From an uncultured Pseudomonadota bacterium (GTDB taxonomy: Bacteria; Myxococcota_A; Polyangia; Fen-1088), in contig CAVZEF010000004.1 of NCBI GenBank assembly GCA_963774325.1, positions 222,958-286,957 of the forward strand: 64,000 nucleotides of DNA, given 5' to 3'. Positions 56,288-64,000 of the stretch are shown piece by piece. Position numbers and translations under genes: made by a program. Position 1 is the stretch's first letter. The number at the start of each line of letters is the position of its first letter. Under the pieces are notes generated by a model that was not told the origin of the DNA, searched no databases, and saw nothing but the letters and a program-made list of their open reading frames with translations.

Positions 56288-57657
56288 CGGCCCTTGTCCC
56301 CGTCGCTGCGCAGGCTGTCGAGGTCGACGCCCTGCCCCTCCATGAGGCGATAGGCGCGCTGCCGGCTGATGCCGAGAACCGCCGCCGCGCGCGCGACGTT
56401 TCCGCCCGCGGCCCGCAGGGCCGAGATCAGCACGGGCAGCTGCATCGGTTCGGTTGCAGCGGAAACCGGCGGTGACCTCTCCGGCGTCTGGGCGCTGGCC
56501 TGCACAGGCGCAGCGGCCACGCTGGATCTTTCGGTCATGCGTTCGGGCAAATGCTGGGCCGTGAGAGTGACGCCCGATCCGTGCACCGCCATGAGCCGCC
56601 GCGCGAGCAACGCGAGCTCGCGCACGTTGAAGGGCCAGTCGTAGATGCACAGCCGCTCAGCGAGATCACTCTCGAAGGCGGGCACCCGATCGGGAGCGGC
56701 CGCCTCCAGCAAGCGCGCGAACAGCGGCAGGATGTCCTCCCGCCTTTGCCGCAGCGGCGGCAGGCTGACCGTGAGCCCGTCGAGCCGCGCGAACAAGTCG
56801 CTGCGGAAGCGTCCGGCGCGAACGGCGTCCATCAACGATTGCTGGCCGGCGACCACGACGCGAACATCGATCGGCACGGGCCGCGCCTCGCCGAGCGGTT
56901 GCACCTCGTGCTCCTCGAGCACGCGCAGCAGCTTGGCCTGCAACGGCATTGGCAGGTCGGAGACCTCGTCGAGCAGCAACGTTCCCCGGTCGGCGCTGCG
57001 GAAGAAGCCCGGGCTCGCCCGATCGGCGCCCGTGAAAGCGCCGCGGCGATAGCCAAACAGCTCCGCCTCCGCGAGGGCTTCGGGGAGCGCCGCGCAATTG
57101 ACGGCGATGAACGAGCCCTGGCGTCCGCTCCAGCGATGGAGGGCGTCGGCGACGCGCTCCTTCCCGGTACCGGTCTCACCCTCGATGACCACCGGCAGAT
57201 CGGTGACCGCCACGCGTCGCAGGGGCGCGAGCGCACCGATGAGCGCTTCGCCGCCCCAGAAGCCAGGCACGATCTCGACCACGTCGCCGGGAGCGGCGGT
57301 GACCACGCCGATCCAGCCGCCGAGCCGCAGCACGTCCTGCGGCGCGAGGGGCGCAAGCGGGATCTGGCGACCATTGACCCGGACGCCGTTCCGGCTGCCG
57401 AGGTCCACGATGGTCGTCACCGCTCCGGCACCCGGGCGCAGAACCGCATGCCGTCGCGAAACATCGTGTCCTCCCAGCTGAACGGCGCAGCCGGGATCTC
57501 TTCCCAGCGTGGTCTCGCCGTCGCGGTCCGATTTCAGCGCGACCGCCGGGACGCCGCTGTGCGGGTACCGCCAGGCGATCGAGAGCGCGTGCGTGGCTGC
57601 CGCCGTGGGCCCCGAGACCGCCTGGGTGATCGTCGTCGTGCCGCCCCCGTCGCTCAT
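56284..57657 (-). CDS. FHA-domain sigma54 enhancer-binding protein
   Basis: FHA (LGRD, VSRRH, GSRNG), GETGTGKE, GAFTGA, LLDEV, WPFNVREL, Fis-type HTH; stop overlaps the kinase ATG (ATGA). Confidence 0.93.
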   Translation of the reverse strand: MSDGGGTTTITQAVSGPTAAATHALSIAWRYPHSGVPAVALKSDRDGETTLGRDPGCAVQLGGHDVSRRHAVLRPGAGAVTTIVDLGSRNGVRVNGRQIPLAPLAPQDVLRLGGWIGVVTAAPGDVVEIVPGFWGGEALIGALAPLRRVAVTDLPVVIEGETGTGKERVADALHRWSGRQGSFIAVNCAALPEALAEAELFGYRRGAFTGADRASPGFFRSADRGTLLLDEVSDLPMPLQAKLLRVLEEHEVQPLGEARPVPIDVRVVVAGQQSLMDAVRAGRFRSDLFARLDGLTVSLPPLRQRREDILPLFARLLEAAAPDRVPAFESDLAERLCIYDWPFNVRELALLARRLMAVHGSGVTLTAQHLPERMTERSSVAAAPVQASAQTPERSPPVSAATEPMQLPVLISALRAAGGNVARAAAVLGISRQRAYRLMEGQGVDLDSLRSDGDKGR

Positions 57658-57755
57658 GCCCAACCGCCTTGATACCACGGTGCGGCCGCGCCGCTCAAAG
57701 GACGCCGGCGAGCCGATGCTATACTCGAGTCGTGTCCGCCCGCAGCACCGACCCC

Positions 57756-57944
57756 GTGATCAAGGGCCGTGATGGCCTATCGGACAGGATCGGACGGCGG
57801 CGGTTTGCTGAGGAAGTGGCGCGGAAACACGATGTCGACGCAGGCGACGTGGAACATGTACTCTCGAACTTGACCCTGCTGCCGATCGAGCGACTGCGGC
57901 GGAGCCTGAAGCGTGCCCGACTCGGACAGCCTGCCGGTAAGTGA
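57756..57944 (+). CDS. Small hypothetical protein upstream of a nucleotidyltransferase
   Basis: 62-aa helical ORF (NLTLLPIERLRRSL) overlapping the next gene. Confidence 0.45.
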   Translation: MIKGRDGLSDRIGRRRFAEEVARKHDVDAGDVEHVLSNLTLLPIERLRRSLKRARLGQPAGK

Positions 57945-58383
57945 GCAGGAGATCGAGCTCCTGCGCGAGCTCACGGACACCGGAGTCCCGTTCATGCTGG
58001 TCGGGCTCGGAGCTGCCGTCGTCCAGGGAGCAGATGCCGTCACCAAGGATCCAGACCTGTGGTTTCGCTCGATCTCACACCCTGGTCTCGACGAGGCTGC
58101 ACGCAAGGTCGGTGCGGTGTTCGTTTCGAGGAACAGCCCACCTCTGTTTTCGGGTGCGGGACTCGATGACATTGACGTCGTCATCCGCTGCGATGGTCTT
58201 CAGGACTTCGACGCCGAATACGCCGCGGCCATCGAAGTGGAGTTGACACCGAATCTCGTAATCAAGGTTCGACCCATCGAACGCGTGCTCGCCAGTAAGC
58301 GGGCGGCGGACCGCCCCAAGGACCGCGCAGTGATCCCGGCGCTCGAAGCGGCGATCGCTGCCATCAAAGAATCGTCCAGCTAG
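57913..58383 (+). CDS. Minimal nucleotidyltransferase-fold protein
   Basis: FMLVGLGAAVVQG..VTKDPDLW, IDVV, VLASKRAADRPKDRAVIPAL. Confidence 0.75.
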   Translation: MPDSDSLPVSEQEIELLRELTDTGVPFMLVGLGAAVVQGADAVTKDPDLWFRSISHPGLDEAARKVGAVFVSRNSPPLFSGAGLDDIDVVIRCDGLQDFDAEYAAAIEVELTPNLVIKVRPIERVLASKRAADRPKDRAVIPALEAAIAAIKESSS

Positions 58384-59225
58384 CGATCGATCACCTGCGG
58401 AGCCTGGATCCCGCGAATGATCAGCCGGCGTTCGTCCGCCGATACCTTGTCGAGGCCCTGCCCGAGCGCCTTGAAAGCAGCGCACGCCTCATCGTCGGTA
58501 GGGGCGCCGTTGCTGGCGACCTCGAGGTACGCAGCGCGCGGCTCCGGGTCCAGCGCGGCGATCATGTGAGTGATCGCCTGGTCGACGACGGCGCCGGGAA
58601 GGTGCGCCGGCGGCGAGCTGGCGTGCAGCTCCAGCTGGGCCGAGAGCGCGCTCGATCGGATCCAGATCAGCTGCTGGTCCTCTGGCAGACGCCGGAGGGC
58701 CGCCATCATCACCTCGGGCCGGATCCGCCCGGTCCAGAATCCGGCGCACAGCTCGGGCGAGGCTCCCGCGACGGCACGCTTGGTCGCAAAGAAGTCGCCG
58801 AGCGCCGCGTCCGGCAGGCGAGCCAGCCCGCCAGCGGACAGCTCGGCGAACAGCGCTTGCTGATTGTTCGCGAGCCCCTTGCCCGAAGCCGTCTGCGCGA
58901 GCGTGGACGCGCGTTCCTTCTCTAGCCGCGCGATGAGCGGGCGATCGCGCATGAACGCCTTCATCTCCTCCGCGAACACCTGGGCTGCGCGCTCGTTCCC
59001 GTAGAGTTGCAAGCCCGCCGTGCGCAACTCCCGATTGGCGCTCCACTCGTCCAGCCTGGGCGAGAGAAGCGGACCTCCCGCCCCGATGATCCCCGCCACC
59101 AGCACGACCGTGGTGAGGTTGGCCGCCTGTGGTTTCATGGGGACGATCCGCCGGGTGAGAAGCCATCCCAGCAGGCCGGCCGCCCCTCCCAGGACCCCGT
59201 AGACAGCCAGATGAAGAAGGTCCAT
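58380..59225 (-). CDS. Hypothetical membrane protein
   Basis: Two N-terminal TM helices followed by a helical domain with Cys pair. Confidence 0.65.
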   Translation of the reverse strand: MDLLHLAVYGVLGGAAGLLGWLLTRRIVPMKPQAANLTTVVLVAGIIGAGGPLLSPRLDEWSANRELRTAGLQLYGNERAAQVFAEEMKAFMRDRPLIARLEKERASTLAQTASGKGLANNQQALFAELSAGGLARLPDAALGDFFATKRAVAGASPELCAGFWTGRIRPEVMMAALRRLPEDQQLIWIRSSALSAQLELHASSPPAHLPGAVVDQAITHMIAALDPEPRAAYLEVASNGAPTDDEACAAFKALGQGLDKVSADERRLIIRGIQAPQVIDR

Positions 59226-59529
59226 GCAGTGCCGATCTAGGCCCGGGGCAGCGCCCGCGTAAAGCGCAATTCTGACATCCGATTCACTGGGCTTCCGGGA
59301 CGCGAGGTCACCGGCACGCGCTTCGATGCTGCCCGCTGGCGCACCGACCTGCCCGAGCGCGAAGCCGCCGCCAGCGCGCGCGACGATGCCGGTTGGGCGG
59401 GGTGAGTCGTGACCCGTGGAGGTGTCGCCTTTGGCAACGCCGGTGTCCTGATCGAGGTCGACCTTCACGGGGCGCGAGGCGACGGTCGTGGCATCCGCCG
59501 GCGGCGCGAGAATTGCTGGACCGGTCCCC

Positions 59530-60683
59530 ATGGCGCGGCGGTCGATCCTCCTACTCTTGCTGCTGATGGGCCTCCTGACGGCGTCCTGCCTGGACGACGG
59601 CCCGGTGTGCCCCGCGGGCTACGTGGACCAGGGTGACGCGTGCGTGGACGTCGACGAATGCGCGGCCGCCAGCGCCACGGCCATCTGCGGTCCTCACGCG
59701 GGCTGCGTCAACACGATGGGTTCATATCGATGCGTCTGTCTCGCGCCGCACTGGCAAGCGCGCGGCATCACCTGCGTGCCGGCCGACTGCGAGACGGAGA
59801 ACGGGGGTTGCGACGCGGCGTCCACCTGCAGCGGCGCCGGCGCCGACATCGTGTGCAGCTGCCCGCCCGGCGAGCTGAATATCGCCGGGAGGCTGCAGGC
59901 TCATCACCTGTTCGATGAACAACGGCGGCTGCGACGCCACGGCCACCTGTTCGGGCAGCGGTCCCGGAATCCAGTGTCGATGCCCCGACGGCTACAGCGG
60001 TGATGGCACCCGGTGCGTCTTCACGCTCTGCCAGACCAACAACGGTGGCTGCGATCCGAACGCCACCTGCGCCGGCTCGTCGTCGGGCGCCGTGTGCACC
60101 TGCCGCGCCGGCTATGTCGGCGACGGCATCACGTGCAATGAGCGCACGTGCGCGGTCAACAATGGCGGCTGCGATCCTCACGCCGCCTGCGCGGGCTCGG
60201 GCGCGCAGATCACCTGCACGTGCGACGCCCGGCTACGTCGCGAGCGGCAGCGGCTGCGAGCCGTGCGGGACGAAGTCGTGCCAGAAGTGCAACGATTGCG
60301 GTGACTGCTCGTCGGGGACGCTCGATACCTGCGCATCAGGCCAGTGCAGTGCCGTCGCGCCGCCCGATCCCGGCGCGCAGTCGTGCGAGGTGTGCAGCCT
60401 TTGTGGCTGCGCCTTGGGCACCACCGACGCCTGTGGCAGCGGCTGCAACGCGACTCCGCCCCCCGACGTCGGCTCGTCATGCGAGGCGTGCAACAGCTGT
60501 GGGGGTTGCAGCTGGGGCTTCACCGACGCCTGCGGCGCGGGCTGCGACGCCATCGCGCCGCCCGAACCGGGCACGCAGTCGTGCGAGGCGTGCAACAGCT
60601 GCGGCGACTGCGACCAGGGCTGGAGCGACAGCTGCGGCAACGGCTGCAACGCCATCGCCCCCGACGAGTGGGAGTGCAGCTGA
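59530..60683 (+). pseudogene. EGF-repeat / Cys-rich lipoprotein with two frameshifts (~59890, ~60230)
   Basis: LTAS-C lipobox, calcium-binding EGF (DVDEC..C.NTMGSYRC.C), CxxNNGGC repeats, CPDGYSGDG; repeat register continues across three frames. Confidence 0.75.
60280..60680 (+). repeat. Four ~33-34-aa Cys-rich repeats (CxxCxxCGxC...DxCxxxCxAxxPPxxGxxS)
   Basis: Visible in the translation of 60000..60683 and as DNA-level repeats (tcgtgcgaggcgtgcaacagc). Confidence 0.8.
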
Positions 60684-60762
60684 CACCCAAGCTCTGCCAC
60701 ACGAAGGCGGGGAAATGTGGGTGCTCTTGCAAGTTCGTGGGTGATCTGCCGATGATCCGGAG

Positions 60763-63723
60763 ATGCCCGAGCGTGCTGTTGACGCTCTCGACCCCGCACG
60801 AAAAAACCAGGAGGGGAATCCACCGCATCGCCTTCGCATCGCGGCGCTGCTCGATCACCTGAATGCGTTCAGCGGCGGCTATGAAGCGCAGCTGCGCGAT
60901 GCCCTGCACGCCAAGTGCAGCGAGGCGGGCCATCATCTGCTGCTGGTCTATGGCGGGCCGGTCGAGGCGCCGCAGCCGAGAGACGCGGCGGACAACGCCA
61001 TCTACGAGCTGCTTCGACCGGAGTCCGTCGACGGCATCATCGTCGTCTCGTCGTTGCTGTCGACCCACTGTGGCCCGAGCGGGGTCGCGAGGCTGGTCGA
61101 GCGATTCGGGCACGCGAAGGTGTGCAGCGTCGGCATCGAGCTGCCGGGGGTTCCGAGCCTGGTGCTCGAGAATCGGCCCGGCATGGAGGCGGTGGTCGAG
61201 CATCTGGTCCGCGATCATGGCCGTCGCAAGATTGCGTTTCTCGCGGGAACCCCCAACAACCCGGAAGCGAACGTTCGTTTCGACGCCTACCAGACGGTGC
61301 TGGCACGCCACGGCATCGCCTGCGATTCGACACTGATCGCGAGGGGCTACTTTCGCACCAACTCCGCCAAGGTTGCGATGCAGGAGCTTCTCGCGCGCGG
61401 CGTGGAATTCGACGCCGTCGTCGCGGCGAACGACGAGATGGCGACCGGGGCCATCGATGTCCTGCGCAAGCACGGCCTTCGCGTGCCCCAGGACATTCCG
61501 GTGACCGGCTTCGACGATCTCACGCTGGCGCGCCTGGGGAACCCACCGTTGACGACCGTCGCGCAACCGTTCGACCAGGTTGCGGACTGGGCCGTGCGTG
61601 CGATCGATGAGCTGATCACCGGTCGCGCGGTGCCGGCGTGCACCCGGGTGGCGGCGCGGTTCGTCCGGCGTGAGTCATGCGGGTGCGGATACGAAGCGTA
61701 CCGGGGCGACTCGCAGGCCTCTCACCCGATTCATTCCCCGGACACGGGGACCATGGTCGATCGCCTCGAGACTCTGCGGCCGGTCCTGGCGGGGCTTCTC
61801 GGCACCGGATTCTCGAGCGGCGCGGCGGCGGCGGAGCGCCTGCTCGATGGGCTTCGCGCCGAGATCGGCGGGCGGCGCGACGCGTTCCACCAGGCCATCG
61901 TCGGCCTCCTCGACAATGCCGGCACGGACAACGAGCGCCAGAGGATGCTCCACAGCGCGATCTGTTACCTCCACGACGAGCTGCGGGGCTGGTCGAGCGT
62001 CCAGGTCGAGAGCGTCCTCTTCAATGGACTGAACCTGGTCGCGCTCTCCAACACGACCAGCCAGATGGAGCATCGCTTGCTGCTCGACGAGAACTATCTG
62101 CGCCTGCTCGGAGTGGGCGAGCAAGCGTCGATCGCGTTCGATCTCGCGTCGCTGCGAGACGCGCTGGTGAAAGGGCTGCCCAACGCGGGCGTTCGCACCG
62201 CGTACCTGTCGTGCGTGGCCGGCTCGAACAGAAGCGTGCTGCGATCCGCTATGTGCCTCCGCGGCGGCGAGCTCCTGGACAACGAGAACCTCGAGTACGC
62301 GGCCAGCCGGCTGCTCCCGCCCGGCGCGCTGACCGACGACACCCGGGAGACTTTTCTGGTCCTCCCTCTCGCGTTCGAAGATCAGCTGCTCGGGATCATT
62401 GCGTTCAACTATTCCGATGGGATCAACGCCTATGCCGCGTTTCGCAATGAAATCGCGGCGGCGCTGAAGAGCATTCGCCTGCGAGAGGAGCTGGTGCAGA
62501 CCAGCATGCTGCACGAACGCAGCGTGCAGGAGCGATTGGCGGCAACCCGACGCATGGAGGCCCTGAGCGTGCTCGCGGGCGGTGTCGCGCACGATCTCAA
62601 CAACGCCCTCGGACCGCTGGTCGCCCTGCCGGACGTTATCCTCGCGCAGCTCCGCGAGATACCGATGGGCGGGGAAGCCGCGCGCGACCTGCGCGCCGAC
62701 ATCGAAGCCATCAAGGTGGCGTCGCTCCGTGCCGCCCAGACCATCAAAGACCTCCTCGCGCTCGGCCGCCAGGGGCGGATGGCCATGGAGAATCTCGACA
62801 TCAACCGCGTGATCAAATCGTGTTGCGCCAACAGTACCCTTCGCTTCCTCGAGGAGGGCAGGTCTCGAATCAACATGATCACGGACCTCAACCCCACGCC
62901 GCTCGTCGTCCGGGGATCGGAGTCGCAGCTGGCCAGGGCTGTCGACAACCTGATTCGCAACGCGGTCGAGGCCATCGGCGGCAACGGCGAGGTCGTCGTC
63001 AAGAGCGCCAAGGTCGACGTGCTCGAGCCACGCGTGGGCTATGAGACCGTTCCGGCCGGACGGTACGCGACGCTCTCTGTTTCGGATGACGGCTGCGGCA
63101 TCGAGCCGCACGAGCTCGGGCAGGTGTTCGAACCCTTCTTCACCAAGAAGCGCGCCGGTGAAACCTCGGGGTCCGGCCTGGGCCTTGCGATCGTTCACGG
63201 CGTCGTCAAGGAACACGAAGGTTTCATCGACATCTCCAGCACGCCGGAGGTGGGGACGACCATCACGCTGTACCTCCCGCACGTCGACGGCCTGGAGCGC
63301 CGCGAGCGCGTGCTGGCGGCGCCACGGGGAGACGCGCGCATCCTCATCGTCGACGACGAACCGATTCAGCTGCGGACCGGACGGCGCGTGCTCGTGCGCC
63401 TCGGATACCAGGTCGAGATCATGGAGAGCGGCCTGCGCGCTCACGAGCTCTTCAGCCGCGCGGCCAGCTCGGGTCAGAGCCCCTTCGACCTGGTCATCAT
63501 GGACATGGTGCTGGGCGAGGCGCTCGATGGCCTGCAGGTCATCGAACAGATCCAGCGTCTGTTCCCCGCGCAGAAGTTCATCGTCGTCAGCGGTCACGCG
63601 CCGACTGAACGTGTGGAGCTGGCGGTCAAGCGGGGCCTCACCTGGCTCGCCAAGCCGTACGACATGGAGAGCCTCGCCAAGGCGGTGCAAGGGGTCCTGC
63701 GAAGCGACGGCGAAGCCGAATAG
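60763..63723 (+). CDS. Hybrid sensor: LacI-type ligand-binding domain + histidine kinase + receiver
   Basis: RKIAFLAG, FDAVVAANDEMA, VPQDIPVTGFDD, PPLTTV; LAGGVAHDLNN, NLIRNA, DDGCG, FEPFFT, GLGL; ILIVDD, DLVIMD, KP; no evident TM; start uncertain. Confidence 0.9.
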   Translation: MPERAVDALDPARKNQEGNPPHRLRIAALLDHLNAFSGGYEAQLRDALHAKCSEAGHHLLLVYGGPVEAPQPRDAADNAIYELLRPESVDGIIVVSSLLSTHCGPSGVARLVERFGHAKVCSVGIELPGVPSLVLENRPGMEAVVEHLVRDHGRRKIAFLAGTPNNPEANVRFDAYQTVLARHGIACDSTLIARGYFRTNSAKVAMQELLARGVEFDAVVAANDEMATGAIDVLRKHGLRVPQDIPVTGFDDLTLARLGNPPLTTVAQPFDQVADWAVRAIDELITGRAVPACTRVAARFVRRESCGCGYEAYRGDSQASHPIHSPDTGTMVDRLETLRPVLAGLLGTGFSSGAAAAERLLDGLRAEIGGRRDAFHQAIVGLLDNAGTDNERQRMLHSAICYLHDELRGWSSVQVESVLFNGLNLVALSNTTSQMEHRLLLDENYLRLLGVGEQASIAFDLASLRDALVKGLPNAGVRTAYLSCVAGSNRSVLRSAMCLRGGELLDNENLEYAASRLLPPGALTDDTRETFLVLPLAFEDQLLGIIAFNYSDGINAYAAFRNEIAAALKSIRLREELVQTSMLHERSVQERLAATRRMEALSVLAGGVAHDLNNALGPLVALPDVILAQLREIPMGGEAARDLRADIEAIKVASLRAAQTIKDLLALGRQGRMAMENLDINRVIKSCCANSTLRFLEEGRSRINMITDLNPTPLVVRGSESQLARAVDNLIRNAVEAIGGNGEVVVKSAKVDVLEPRVGYETVPAGRYATLSVSDDGCGIEPHELGQVFEPFFTKKRAGETSGSGLGLAIVHGVVKEHEGFIDISSTPEVGTTITLYLPHVDGLERRERVLAAPRGDARILIVDDEPIQLRTGRRVLVRLGYQVEIMESGLRAHELFSRAASSGQSPFDLVIMDMVLGEALDGLQVIEQIQRLFPAQKFIVVSGHAPTERVELAVKRGLTWLAKPYDMESLAKAVQGVLRSDGEAE

Positions 63724-63773
63724 CTTCGCGCGAAGCGGCGTCGCAACGCAGAACGTACCGTCTCATTCCCGGG

Positions 63774-64000
63774 TCACTGCAGTCCGAACGCTGCCTTGAC
63801 CCGATTCAATCCCGACGCATTGGTCACGGTCAGCGACAGATTCGTGCCGGTTCCGCTCAGCGTCGTCAGCGACCAGGGATCGGCGGTCCGCAGCACCGGC
63901 CAGTAGCAATTGCCAATCCCGTTGTCGTGCAGGTACGTCGACAGCGCTGTGATGAAGGACGCGTTGTGGTCGCCGTCTCCCGCTCCGCTGTAGTCGCTGC
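63774..64000 (-). CDS. C-terminal end of a probable GH5-like glycoside hydrolase (partial)
   Basis: Manual translation: SDYSGAGDGDHNASFITALSTYLHDNGIGNCYWPVLRTADPWSLTTLSGTGTNLSLTVTNASGLNRVKAAFGLQ-stop. Confidence 0.55.
   Translation of the reverse strand, partial: SDYSGAGDGDHNASFITALSTYLHDNGIGNCYWPVLRTADPWSLTTLSGTGTNLSLTVTNASGLNRVKAAFGLQ

Overview
High-GC (roughly 68-70% by eye) bacterial chromosomal DNA, most likely Myxococcota/Polyangia. This is inferred from Gly/Ser/Thr-linker lipoproteins, a DUF1552/DUF1592-type pair, an FHA-sigma54 activator and a Hanks kinase. There are about 55 genes; I found no CRISPR array, rRNA, integrase or transposase. Main blocks: PadR + RND adaptor; YqiJ-flotillin-K+ channel-like operon; GH130 mannosylglucose phosphorylase; topoisomerase IB; a hemicellulose-related island (GH26, CE2-like and SGNH esterases, DUF1552/DUF1592, porin, XylR-like regulator, LamG); an array of 9 partly non-canonical tRNAs with a terminator/antiterminator leader, a boxA-like site and an HNH pseudogene lacking its nuclease core; a selenocysteine formate dehydrogenase operon; rtcR-rtcBA with a sigma54 promoter; an EGF/Cys-repeat protein; and a LacI-sensor/His-kinase/receiver hybrid beside a partial GH5-like gene. 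The best candidate for an undescribed system is at 52192-57657. An FHA-sigma54 activator is translationally coupled to a Ser/Thr kinase whose predicted extracytoplasmic domain is a GH6 cellulase fold with all three signature Asp residues changed to Asn. It is followed by an intact GH6 lipoprotein with a -24/-12 promoter and GACGTC repeats, suggesting a receptor kinase that senses cellulose or cello-oligosaccharides through a dead enzyme. Four isolated frameshifts in three genes may be assembly errors. All family assignments come from motif recognition, not database searches.
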